DNA of 64,000 bases from Candidatus Portnoybacteria bacterium RBG_19FT_COMBO_36_7 (GTDB taxonomy: Bacteria; Patescibacteriota; Minisyncoccia; Portnoybacterales; GWB1-42-6). The DNA lies in contig MHMW01000021.1 of the NCBI GenBank assembly GCA_001819495.1, positions 10,706 to 74,705 on the forward strand. The letters are read 5' to 3'. A program made the translations under genes and the position numbers. Shown one piece after another: positions 48,815-57,864 of this stretch. The notes beneath the pieces were generated by a model. The model made no database searches and was not told the DNA's origin. It saw nothing but the letters and a program-made list of their open reading frames with translations. Positions within the stretch are counted from its first letter, which is position 1. Every line of letters starts with the position of its first letter.

Positions 48815-48880
48815 AGGCCGCAGGCGCGCCCCGTACCGAGCTTTGCTTTGGTACTGGGGTTCAATCCTTACATCGCCCAC
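48815..48880 (+). pseudogene. Degenerate tRNA-Val 3' part interrupted by a palindrome
   Basis: aggccgcagg[...]ttcaatccttacatcgcccac vs aggctgtaggttcaatccctacattgcccac in the intact gene. Confidence 0.7.
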
Positions 48881-48958
48881 AATTCTGGCTTATAGCATAT
48901 AGCTTATGGCAAATAGCAATTTACTATTGGCTATAAGCGATTAGTGATAAGCCAAATC

Positions 48959-49034
48959 GCCGGGGTAGCCAAGGTGGTTACGGCGCGGCTCTGAAAAAGC
49001 TGAGATGTCGGTTCAACTCCGACCCCCGGCACCA
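48959..49034 (+). tRNA. tRNA-Phe(GAA)
   Basis: CGGCT-CT-GAA-AA-AGCTG, GGTTCAACTCC, encoded CCA. Confidence 0.95.
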
Positions 49035-49039
49035 AACTA

Positions 49040-49153
49040 AGTTAAAAGTTTAAAATTAAAAATGAAAAATTTAGGTATCGCTTCGCGATAAAATATAAAT
49101 TACACACGGAGCACATACCTTTATTTTTAACTTTTCACTTTTAATTTTTAACT
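49040..49153. repeat. AT-rich inverted-repeat element homologous to the 16S V3 insertion
   Basis: agttaaaagtttaaaattaaaaatgaaaa..gtatcgcttcgcgat..acctttatttttaacttttcacttttaatttttaact. Confidence 0.8.
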
Positions 49154-49159
49154 ATTTCT

Positions 49160-49231
<72 letters not shown>

Positions 49232-49357
49232 CCCATCCTCCGCCGAGGCTACGGAATGGTACGCTTTGACGGAAAACAATAAATGCGGATGTATGGTATT
49301 CCGTATCCGTCAGCCGACGGAGAAGGATACCATCGCCCGCTCTTTATTTTATTTTTT

Positions 49358-49578
49358 ATGTTTTACATTTATGTTTTAAAAGGTCTCAAAGATAAACGGA
49401 CATATTTAATAGCAAACTGAAAAAACATTGTATTGGACAGGTTAAATCAACAAAACATAGACTTCCTGTTCAATTATTATTTACTGAAATGTATTTAACA
49501 TCAAAAGAAGCAAAAAGACACGGATTGTGGTGGAAAAGTGGAGCGGGCAGAAGGAAATTAAAAGAAATATACAGATAA
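49358..49578 (+). pseudogene. Frameshifted stand-alone GIY-YIG nuclease
   Basis: MFYIYVLKGLKDKRTY / frameshift / KLKKHCIGQVKSTKHRLPVQLLFTE..KEAKRH..WWKSGAGRRKLK; YIG segment missing. Confidence 0.8.
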
Positions 49579-49617
49579 AACAAAAAACCCTTCCAAAATC
49601 GGGGGTTTTTTGTTTTA
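49577..49617. terminator. Bidirectional terminator
   Basis: aaaacaaaaaaccc...gggttttttgtttt. Confidence 0.65.
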
Positions 49618-49636
49618 TGAGAAATTTCTTACAAAT

Positions 49637-49909
49637 TTACCTTACTGCATCCTTCAGCGCTTTGCCAGCTTTGAATTTAGGAACTTTCATGGCCGGGATC
49701 TGAATTTTGGCGCCGGTCTTTGGATTAACGCCTTTGCGGGCGGCACGCTTTGAAACCTGAAAAGCGCCAAAACCGGTCAGAACAACCTTATCCCCTTTTT
49801 GTATGGCTTTGGTTATGGTTTCAAGCGTTCCTTCCAGACATTCGGCTGCCGCTTTTTTTGAACAAGCACATTTGGAAGCGATTGCTTCAATTAATTCGTC
49901 TTTTGTCAT
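49637..49909 (-). CDS. hup: HU family DNA-binding protein
   Basis: MTKDELI, GFGAF, RKGVNPKTG, PKFKAGKALK. Confidence 0.96.
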   Translation of the reverse strand: MTKDELIEAIASKCACSKKAAAECLEGTLETITKAIQKGDKVVLTGFGAFQVSKRAARKGVNPKTGAKIQIPAMKVPKFKAGKALKDAVR

Positions 49910-49931
49910 AATGATTTAATAGTCTTAATAA

Positions 49932-50747
49932 TCAAACATCGACCTTTGTGACTAATTTTATCTTCTCTATATTTTGAGCCAAACCTGTTTTATCGTCAAT
50001 AGTGATAAGCACTGCATTAACTAAAACCGGCCCTTCTGCCACTTCCATATGATAAGGCATCTGCGTTAAAAATCTTTTTATTATTATATCTTTATCTACG
50101 CCAAGCACTGAATTCTCCACCCCGACCATGCCCACATCGGAAACATAGGCAGTGCCGCCGGGCAAAACCCTGGCATCATCTGTTCCGATATGGGTATGCG
50201 TACCAACAACAGCCGAAACTTTTCCGTCCAAATACCAGCCCATGGCCATTTTTTCTGAAGTCGCCTCGGCATGCCAGTCAATGATTATGGCAGACACCTT
50301 TTCCTTGCCCGATTCTTTTTTCAGCGAGTAGTCTTCCAAAATTTCTTTGACGCAGACAAACGGATTATCAAACTGCTGCTGCATGAAAACACGGCCAATT
50401 AGATTAGCCAAAAGAATTTTTTTTGACCTGATATTGATTTGAAAAAATCCTTTTCCAGCAATTTCTGGTGCCCAATTAGCCGGCCTTAAAATCGGCAGTT
50501 TTTTCTCTTCAAGAATATCCATGGTACCTTTTTTGGCAAAAGCGTGGTTTCCCAAGGTCAACCAGTCAATTCCCGCATCAGCCATTTCTTTGACGCTGTC
50601 GCCTGAAATTCCTTTACCGTGCGCTAAATTCTCTCCGTTGGCCAAGATCAAATCGGGATCGTATTGCTTTTTCAATTCCGGTAGGACTTTTTTTATGGCC
50701 GACCTCCCCGGCTTCCCAACTATATCTCCAAAAAATAAGACTTTCAT
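49932..50747 (-). CDS. ymdB: YmdB-family metallophosphoesterase
   Basis: GDIVGKPGR, NGEN, GNH, DWHAEATSEK, GTHTH; directly after rny. Confidence 0.93.
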   Translation of the reverse strand: MKVLFFGDIVGKPGRSAIKKVLPELKKQYDPDLILANGENLAHGKGISGDSVKEMADAGIDWLTLGNHAFAKKGTMDILEEKKLPILRPANWAPEIAGKGFFQINIRSKKILLANLIGRVFMQQQFDNPFVCVKEILEDYSLKKESGKEKVSAIIIDWHAEATSEKMAMGWYLDGKVSAVVGTHTHIGTDDARVLPGGTAYVSDVGMVGVENSVLGVDKDIIIKRFLTQMPYHMEVAEGPVLVNAVLITIDDKTGLAQNIEKIKLVTKVDV

Positions 50748-50749
50748 TT

Positions 50750-50880
50750 AATTCAAACTGCAAAGCGCAAAAATCAAAATGACAGTTCAAAATTTAAAAT
50801 TTTACATTTTGCATTGCTCGCCTCGCTGTAACTTTGGCGAAGCGGGTCATTTTGCACTTTGATTTTTTATTTTTGAATTA
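50750..50880. repeat. AT-rich inverted 6/7-mer element with nested GC palindrome
   Basis: aattcaaactgcaaagcgcaaaaatcaaaatgac...gctcgcctcgc..gcgaagcggg..tcattttgcactttgattttttatttttgaatt. Confidence 0.72.
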
Positions 50881-50888
50881 AGCAAACG

Positions 50889-52418
50889 TTAGCGAGCATA
50901 TTCTACCACTCTTGTTTCCCTTATCACATTAACCTTTATCTCTCCCGGATATTTCAGTTCTTCCTGAATTCGGTCCGCAATCTGACGGGCCAGTTTTCGC
51001 GCGGCTAAATCGTCAAGTTTTTCTGGATGAATAAAAACCCTGATTTCGCGGCCAGCCTGAATGGCAAAAGTTTTTTCCACCCCTTCAAATGAATTAGCGA
51101 TCTTTTCCAGCTCCTCGAGTCTTTTCAAATAAGCTTCTAAAGTGTCTTTTCTGGCACCCGGCCTGGCTCCGGAAATTGCATCAGCTACCTGAATAATGAC
51201 CGATTCTAAGCTTTCATGAGGATATTCTTCATGGTGTGATATTACTGCTTTGATAATGTCTGGCGAAATATTGAATTTTTCTAGAATCATTTTACCGATC
51301 TCGGTGTGCGAACCCTGGATTTCGTGGTCAATTGCTTTGCCAATATCATGAAGCAGGCCGGCCTTTTTCGCCACCGAAACATCCGCGCCGATTTCAGCCG
51401 CAATGGCCGCTGCCAAATGCGCTACTTCAACCGAATGAAGCAGAACATTCTGGCCGTAACTGGTTCGGAATCTCAAGCGGCCCAGAATTTTAACTAGCTT
51501 TGGGTCAAGCCCGGCGATTCCTGTGTCAAAAGCTGCTGCCTCGCCCGCTTCCTGGATTTTATTACCAATCTCGTCTCTGGCTTTTTCAACTGCTTCCTCG
51601 ATTCTGGCTGGCTGAATTCGGCCATCGCTCATTAATTTTTCCAAAGCCAGCTTGGCAACCTGGCGCCTGACCGGATCAAAACCCGATATGACAATGGCGC
51701 CTGGCGTATCATCCACTATCACCTCAACGCCCGTTAATTTCTCCAATGTTTTAATATTACGGCCTTCTTTGCCGATAATCCTGCCTTTTAAGTCATCGGA
51801 AGGAAGTTCAACAGTGGTCGTTGAAATTTCGGCCGCCTGAGAAGCGGCGTAGCGCTGCATAGCGAGCGTAATGATATCTCGGGCTTTCTTTTCTAATTCC
51901 TGCCTTCCATCATCTTCCAATTTCTTGATTCTTTCAAGCAGAACCTGCTGGTGGTCTTTCTCTATTAAATCCAGTAGCTCTTTTTTTGCTTCTTCCTGGG
52001 AAAGCCCTGATATTCTTTCTAGATTTTCTCTCTGTTTCTGGCCGAATCCCTCCAGCTCCTGCTTGATTTGTTTCACTTTGTCTATTTTTTCTGTTAATTC
52101 CTGGAATTTTTTGTCTGTTTCTTCGGTTTTTCTATCCAGGTTTTCTTCTCTTTTTTCCAGCCGCTCTTCCATTTTAATCACCTGTTGTTTTCTTTCTTTT
52201 TCTTCTTTCTCCGCTTCTTCAATTATCTGCACTGCTCTGTCTTTGGCCTTAAAAAGTGTTTCTTTCGCTTCTTGTTTTGCATCTTCAATCAATTTATTTA
52301 ATTTAGATTCAACCGTTCCCAATTGTTTTTTGGCGATTGTCTGGCGAGCCAAATAACCTAAAAATGACCCAAGAGACAGGGCCACAATAACGACAATTAT
52401 ATATCCTAAGTATTCCAT
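50889..52418 (-). CDS. rny: Ribonuclease Y
   Basis: TM, coiled coil, KH (GRIIGKEGRNI), HD (LLHDIGK), ADAISGARPGAR. Confidence 0.98.
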   Translation of the reverse strand: MEYLGYIIVVIVALSLGSFLGYLARQTIAKKQLGTVESKLNKLIEDAKQEAKETLFKAKDRAVQIIEEAEKEEKERKQQVIKMEERLEKREENLDRKTEETDKKFQELTEKIDKVKQIKQELEGFGQKQRENLERISGLSQEEAKKELLDLIEKDHQQVLLERIKKLEDDGRQELEKKARDIITLAMQRYAASQAAEISTTTVELPSDDLKGRIIGKEGRNIKTLEKLTGVEVIVDDTPGAIVISGFDPVRRQVAKLALEKLMSDGRIQPARIEEAVEKARDEIGNKIQEAGEAAAFDTGIAGLDPKLVKILGRLRFRTSYGQNVLLHSVEVAHLAAAIAAEIGADVSVAKKAGLLHDIGKAIDHEIQGSHTEIGKMILEKFNISPDIIKAVISHHEEYPHESLESVIIQVADAISGARPGARKDTLEAYLKRLEELEKIANSFEGVEKTFAIQAGREIRVFIHPEKLDDLAARKLARQIADRIQEELKYPGEIKVNVIRETRVVEYAR

Positions 52419-52472
52419 AGTTAGAGCGTTTTTTGGCTCTAACCACTAATTAGCGCTAGTTTGCAATAGCAA

Positions 52473-53057
52473 TTAATCTTTGGCTTTGATAATCTTATCT
52501 ATCAGCCCATAAGCTTTTGCTTCCTCGGCCGACATATAAAAATCACGGTCCGTGTCTTTTTCAACCTTTTTTATCTCCTGCCCAGTGTGTTTTGCTAAAA
52601 TTTGATTCAGTTTATCTTTGACTTTGATTATCTGGCGCGCCGCAATGTCAACGTCAACTGCTTGACCTTCGGCGCCGCCCATCACCTGATGCAGAAGCGC
52701 CTGGGAATTTGGCAGCATATAACGTTTCCCTTTCGTGCCGGCTGTCAGAAGAACCGCACCCATTGAAGCGGCCACACCCACGCAGACGGTTGAGACGTCC
52801 GCTTTGACAAACCGCATCGTATCATAAATCGCCAAGCCGGAATAAACCACTCCGCCAGGCGTGTTTATATACATCGTGATATCTTTTTTGGGATCTTGAC
52901 TGTCTAAAAACAGGAGCTGGGCAACGACCGTGTTGGCCACCGCATCAGTAATCGGACTGCCCAAAAATATAATCCTTTCTTTCAGGAGCCGGGAGTAGAT
53001 ATCATAGGCGCGCTCGCCAAATTGAGATTTTTCTATGACCGTAGGAATCAAATTCAT
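52473..53057 (-). CDS. clpP: ATP-dependent Clp protease proteolytic subunit
   Basis: [33 protein letters not shown]. Confidence 0.98.
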   Translation of the reverse strand: MNLIPTVIEKSQFGERAYDIYSRLLKERIIFLGSPITDAVANTVVAQLLFLDSQDPKKDITMYINTPGGVVYSGLAIYDTMRFVKADVSTVCVGVAASMGAVLLTAGTKGKRYMLPNSQALLHQVMGGAEGQAVDVDIAARQIIKVKDKLNQILAKHTGQEIKKVEKDTDRDFYMSAEEAKAYGLIDKIIKAKD

Positions 53058-53119
53058 TGAAGCCTAAATTCTTAATTAATGGTTAGATAGAAAAACATTT
53101 AAATTACTTTTTTTAATAA

Positions 53120-53220
53120 CCTGAATAAAATTTATTCGGGTCATTCGGGTCTCATTCGGGTTATTCGGGTCTGTCTAAAAGCGACACGAATATACAAATG
53201 CATCCGAATTATCCGAATAG
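53120..53220. repeat. ATTCGGGTC/CGAAT short-repeat element
   Basis: (attcgggt)x4...gcgacacgaat..atccgaattatccgaat; same family as 13901-13982. Confidence 0.75.
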
Positions 53221-53232
53221 ATTTATAAATTA

Positions 53233-54513
53233 TCACTCCTCAAGCAATTTAAAAACTTTTTCGTTTTTCAGGATATCTTGAGTATATTGTGAAAGTTGTT
53301 CTTTGTCAATCTGATGATCGGTCTGATCGGCCGTCTCAAAATGGCTCAGGGTCTTATTCATTTCCTGTTTAAGTTCTTCTTCGGTCACTTCAATTTTTTC
53401 CTGCTTGGCCATTTCCTGCAAAACCAAAAAGTTTTTCACATTCTGCTGGGCTTTCTCCCTAAATTCCTTTAATAATTCCGGCTCTGTTTTGTTGAATTTT
53501 TCAAGATATTTTTCGTATTCAAGTCCAATCTGGCTAACTTTGCTTTTTAGGTCATCCAACAATCTTTGTATTTCTCCCTGGATTAAAACCTCGGGAATTT
53601 CCATCCCAGACTTTTCTGCGATTTTTTCTATCAGAGCCGTTCGCCATCTCTCTTTTTCCTGTTCTTTCTTTTCGGCTACTAAACCCTCTTTAATGCTGTC
53701 TTTCAACGCCGAAGCATCCTTAAAATTGCCGACTCTCTTTGCGAATTCATCATTGAATTCGGCCGCTTCTATTTCTTGCACCAAATTCATTTTTGTTTTG
53801 AAATCCACATTTTTGCCGGCCAAATTTTTGGCTGAGAAACCAGCCGGGAAAGAAACTTTAAATTCCTTCTTTTCACCTTCTTTCATACCCAAAATATTTT
53901 CTTCAAATTCAGGCATAAAATAACCTCTGCCCAGAATCGCCGGATGGTTTTTGCTTGTTAATTCCGCTAAATTTTGACCTTCGCACTGACCTTCAAAATC
54001 GATCTCAATCCTGTCTCCAGCGGCGCAGGCCCGGGCCACGGTTATGTATTTGGCCCGCGATTTTAAAAGCCAGTCAATCGCTTTTTTTATTTCCTCCTCA
54101 CTGACCGAAACTTCCTTCAGGTCTTTTTTAAATGATCCGGCGATTTTTTTGTAATCGGGCAAATTAATTTCAGGCATCACCGCCACCTTTGCTTTAAATT
54201 CAAAAGGGTTATCCTTGGCTATTTTTGTTACCGATATTTCCGGCTTGCTGACCGGCTCAAGTTTATAATCCATCACCGTGCGCACATAGGATTTACGCAC
54301 GCAATGCTCGGCCGCGTGTTCCAAAATATGGTCGGCCCCGATCTTTTCTTCCACCATTTTGGCCGGCACATGCCCCGGCCTGAATCCCTCAATTTTCAAA
54401 TCGGCTGCTAGTTCTCGCGTCGCCTCATCTATAAATTCGTGCCACTCTTGAGTTGGCACTTCTATTTTCAACTCTATTTCTGATTTGGGAAGTTTTGTGA
54501 TATCTACTTTCAT
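53233..54513 (-). CDS. tig: Trigger factor
   Basis: IEGFRPGHVP signature, FKBP-like IDFEG..MPEFEE. Confidence 0.95.
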   Translation of the reverse strand: MKVDITKLPKSEIELKIEVPTQEWHEFIDEATRELAADLKIEGFRPGHVPAKMVEEKIGADHILEHAAEHCVRKSYVRTVMDYKLEPVSKPEISVTKIAKDNPFEFKAKVAVMPEINLPDYKKIAGSFKKDLKEVSVSEEEIKKAIDWLLKSRAKYITVARACAAGDRIEIDFEGQCEGQNLAELTSKNHPAILGRGYFMPEFEENILGMKEGEKKEFKVSFPAGFSAKNLAGKNVDFKTKMNLVQEIEAAEFNDEFAKRVGNFKDASALKDSIKEGLVAEKKEQEKERWRTALIEKIAEKSGMEIPEVLIQGEIQRLLDDLKSKVSQIGLEYEKYLEKFNKTEPELLKEFREKAQQNVKNFLVLQEMAKQEKIEVTEEELKQEMNKTLSHFETADQTDHQIDKEQLSQYTQDILKNEKVFKLLEE

Positions 54514-54596
54514 TTATTTTTGACAAAATTTGTGATTATGATAAATTTATGTATCAGCTAAAATCTAGCTGAAATAGTTCCTAAAAGGAGGACAAA

Positions 54597-55079
54597 ATGA
54601 GCCAAAAAAAGAAAGCTAAACCAAAACCTATCGCAAGATTATATTCCCGCCATATATCTTTAGGCATTCTTGTTCCAGAAAATTATGCCCGAGATCTTGT
54701 TGAACTTATCCAAATCGGCATCCCTTTTAGTTTTAAAGGATATCGCAATCCAAATGAAAAAGGATATGTCGTTCTTGAATTCGAAATTATAGGAACAGCG
54801 GAGACAAGATTCAATGAGGATCTGGAATCATTCTTCAAAGAAAAAGGTGTTACCTTTGATAAACCATCTACCCTCCGGCCCAAAGACGAAATAAAGCAGG
54901 TCCTTCAACGGGCCGAAAAAGCAGCTGAAACATCCAAAAAAGAAGTAGATAATGCTCATGCTCTCTTACGAGACGAAAAGGCAATTATTGTTAAAAGAAT
55001 GGGCATCCATCATGGAGTGATTCATGCTCTTTCTTGGGTTATGAACCAAAAAGGTATCGGCGAAATTGCGCCTGTTTAA
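54597..55079 (+). CDS. Hypothetical protein
   Basis: AAGGAGG RBS, upstream TTGACA/TGATAAAT, downstream hairpin gaccagtc..gactggtc plus T run. Confidence 0.75.
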   Translation: MSQKKKAKPKPIARLYSRHISLGILVPENYARDLVELIQIGIPFSFKGYRNPNEKGYVVLEFEIIGTAETRFNEDLESFFKEKGVTFDKPSTLRPKDEIKQVLQRAEKAAETSKKEVDNAHALLRDEKAIIVKRMGIHHGVIHALSWVMNQKGIGEIAPV

Positions 55080-55144
55080 TTAAACCAAATCTTAATCATC
55101 CCGACCAGTCCGCACGACTGGTCTTTTTTTTGTTTCTTGAATTT

Positions 55145-55241
55145 TCCTCCCCTCCTCAGATGAGGAGGGGCTGGGGGTGGTGTTGATTTTTTAACTTCAA
55201 CACCTCACCTCTATCTCCTATCCTCAACTGAGGAGAGGAGA
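55145..55241. repeat. REP-like doublet downstream of DUF559 gene
   Basis: cccctcctcagatgaggagggg..ggtgttga / tcaacacc..tcctcaactgagga. Confidence 0.8.
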
Positions 55242-55252
55242 ATAATTTGAAA

Positions 55253-55597
55253 TTATTTTAAATTTTCAAAGATTTTTAACAAAACTCCGTCTAAATTATT
55301 ATTCACATCATTATCCCAAAATCTTAAAACTTTGAAGTCTAAGTTTTCTAAATACCCATCGCGTTTCTTGTCGTATTCTGAATCTATGTGCTGGCTACCG
55401 TCTATTTCAATAATTAGACGCTTCTTCGGACAGTAAAAATCTACAATATATTTACCAATGGAATGTTGCCTTCTAAATTTATAACCCAATCGGCTACTTC
55501 TTAAGCGCAACCAGAGAATAATTTCTTGAGGGGTTGATGATTTTCGCAACTTTTTACGAAACTCTTTTTTATTTTTTAAATTATGGACAGTGCGCAT
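55253..55597 (-). CDS. DUF559 / Vsr-like endonuclease domain protein
   Basis: LRK..TPQE..LW..LR, KFRRQH.IG.YIVDFYC, IEIDGSQH, D..RD, VLRFW. Confidence 0.92.
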   Translation of the reverse strand: MRTVHNLKNKKEFRKKLRKSSTPQEIILWLRLRSSRLGYKFRRQHSIGKYIVDFYCPKKRLIIEIDGSQHIDSEYDKKRDGYLENLDFKVLRFWDNDVNNNLDGVLLKIFENLK

Positions 55598-55598
55598 T

Positions 55599-55645
55599 AA
55601 ATCAACACCCCACCCTACCCCTCCCCTCAACCGAAGGGAGGGAAA
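55599..55645. repeat. REP-like repeat upstream of DUF559 gene
   Basis: aaatcaacaccccaccctacccctcccctcaaccgaagggaggg. Confidence 0.8.
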
Positions 55646-55684
55646 AAAAGTAAATTCTCAATCGAGTAAAGGGAATAAAAAAAT

Positions 55685-57766
55685 TTACATAAACAACGCC
55701 GCCAAGGCCAGCGTCAAAGTTCCTAACAATTTGACCAATACGTGCAGAGAGGGACCGGCTGTGTCTTTAAACGGATCACCGACCGTGTCGCCGGTGACCG
55801 AAGCCGCGTGAGCCGCGCTGCCTTTGCCACCGTAATTTCCCGCTTCAATGAATTTCTTGGCATTATCCCAAGCGCCGCCGGCATTATTCATCAATGTTGC
55901 CAAAAGTACGCCAACGATCGTACCAATCATAATTAATCCTGCTTCTGCTTCCGCTCCCATTAATAGCCCTGTGGCCACCGGAATAACAACAGCGAGCAAT
56001 CCGGGTAATATCATCTGTTTCAGCGCCCCTTTGGTCGTGATATCAACACACATGGAATAATTCGGCTTGCTCGTGCCGGCCATAATGCCTTTATCTTCTT
56101 TGAACTGTCGCCTGACTTCATTAATAATGTAGGAAGCCGCTTTACCAACCGCCCTCATCGCTAAAGAAGAAAAAAGGAAAACCAGCATGGCGCCGATAAA
56201 TCCACCAATAAAAACTTCCACTTTGGCCAAGTCCACTATTTTTAATTGTACTTCTTCCAAAAAAGCCGAAAAAAGCAGGAAAGCGGCTAGAGCCGCACTG
56301 CCCATGGCGTATCCTTTGGTGAGCGCCTTGGTCGTGTTGCCGGCTGAATCCAATTTGTCGGTCACTTTACGTGTTTCCTCTGCTCCGCCTGACATCTCAA
56401 CAATGCCGCCGGCGTTATCGGTTATTGGGCCAAAAGTATCCATAGCCAAAACATAGGCGGCTGTGGCTAACATTCCCATAGTTGCCACTGCTGTGCCAAA
56501 AAGCCCGCCGCCTTCAAAACCGCTCATAGCGCCCAATTTGTAAGAACCAATTAAAGCCAGCGAAATTGTCACAACTGTCGCGGCTGTTGATTCCATGCCA
56601 ACTGAAAACCCGGCAATAATATTGGTCGCATGGCCGGTAGCCGAGCTTCTGACGATTTCTTTGACTGGCCGGTATTTTGCTTCAGTATAGTATTGAGTAA
56701 TGTAAACAAAAGCGATGCTGGTTACAATACCGACAAGCCCCGCCCAAAAAAACCAGATACTGCCCAGCATTTCCATAGTAATAAAGTAAAAAGAGACAGC
56801 TGCCAGAAAACTGGCCACCAAATATCCTCTGTTCATCGCCTTCATCGGCTCATCAATTTCTTTCGGCCTGACCACCATTATTCCCGCGATGCTTGAAAAA
56901 AGCCCAAATGCCCGGGCAACCAAAGGAAATAAAATACCGCTGATGCCAAAATGAGGGAAAAGAGCTACGCCCAGGATCATCGCGCCAATGTTCTCGGCCG
57001 CCGTTGATTCAAAAAGATCAGCGCCACGGCCTGCGCAATCGCCGACGTTATCGCCGACCAGATCGGCGATAACGGCCGGGTTTCTGGGGTCGTCTTCTGG
57101 AATCCCCGCTTCAATTTTGCCGACCAGATCCGCGCCCACGTCAGCCGCTTTAGTATAAATTCCGCCGCCCAACTGCGCAAATAGCGCCACCAATGAGGCG
57201 CCAAATCCGAATCCCACGATCAAAGAAGGAATACTGGCCGCTGTATAGCCTAAAAAAGTATAGACAAGATAAAGACCGGAGATACCGATTAAGCTCATGG
57301 CTACTATCGCAATACCAGAAACCGCGCCCCCGCGCAAAGCCAAAACCAAAGCCCGAGCAAAACTAGACTGAGCCGCATGTGCGACCCTGATATTTGAACG
57401 GGTGGCACTCCACATCCCAATCCAGCCAGATAACAAAGAACAGGCTGCGCCAAACACAAAAGCAATGGAAACTTGATAACCATAGACCCAGCTGCCGGTA
57501 AACCCGTAGGTGCCCAACAATAACAAAGCCAAAATAACGGCAATTCCCCCGATTGTCAGATATTGTCTTTTTAAAAATGCGTTGGCGCCTTCTTTGATAT
57601 ACCTGGCGATATCAACCATTTTTCCTTGACCGGTTTGCTCTTCACCTACTTTTCTAGCCAGATAAAAAGCGAAAAAGATACCCAGCAGACTGGCAACGAT
57701 AGAGATAATGATTCCTATGTGCACGGCAATAGTTTCAAAGTTCAAGTTCAAAGTTGAATCTGCCAA
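55685..57766 (-). CDS. hppA: Membrane-bound pyrophosphatase (probably K+-independent H+ pump)
   Basis: GGGIYTKAADVGADLVGK, EDDPRN, DNVGD, GNTTKA, GDTVGDPFKD; start uncertain. Confidence 0.96.
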   Translation of the reverse strand: MADSTLNLNFETIAVHIGIIISIVASLLGIFFAFYLARKVGEEQTGQGKMVDIARYIKEGANAFLKRQYLTIGGIAVILALLLLGTYGFTGSWVYGYQVSIAFVFGAACSLLSGWIGMWSATRSNIRVAHAAQSSFARALVLALRGGAVSGIAIVAMSLIGISGLYLVYTFLGYTAASIPSLIVGFGFGASLVALFAQLGGGIYTKAADVGADLVGKIEAGIPEDDPRNPAVIADLVGDNVGDCAGRGADLFESTAAENIGAMILGVALFPHFGISGILFPLVARAFGLFSSIAGIMVVRPKEIDEPMKAMNRGYLVASFLAAVSFYFITMEMLGSIWFFWAGLVGIVTSIAFVYITQYYTEAKYRPVKEIVRSSATGHATNIIAGFSVGMESTAATVVTISLALIGSYKLGAMSGFEGGGLFGTAVATMGMLATAAYVLAMDTFGPITDNAGGIVEMSGGAEETRKVTDKLDSAGNTTKALTKGYAMGSAALAAFLLFSAFLEEVQLKIVDLAKVEVFIGGFIGAMLVFLFSSLAMRAVGKAASYIINEVRRQFKEDKGIMAGTSKPNYSMCVDITTKGALKQMILPGLLAVVIPVATGLLMGAEAEAGLIMIGTIVGVLLATLMNNAGGAWDNAKKFIEAGNYGGKGSAAHAASVTGDTVGDPFKDTAGPSLHVLVKLLGTLTLALAALFM

Positions 57767-57864
57767 CTGGCGGAGGAAATTGTCCCGATAGTTAAGCTAT
57801 CGTGGATCCCCGATTGAATAGCGTTCAATCGGGAAAAATTGAAAATTGAAAAATTTAGTTATTA

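Noticed and set aside
46008-48880. Trans-spliced tRNA from the 46008 5' half and the 48860 3' fragment
   Set aside because: Acceptor pairing fails at positions 6-7 (GGGCGCG vs ATCGCCC), and the 3' fragment matches the adjacent tRNA-Val(TAC) better
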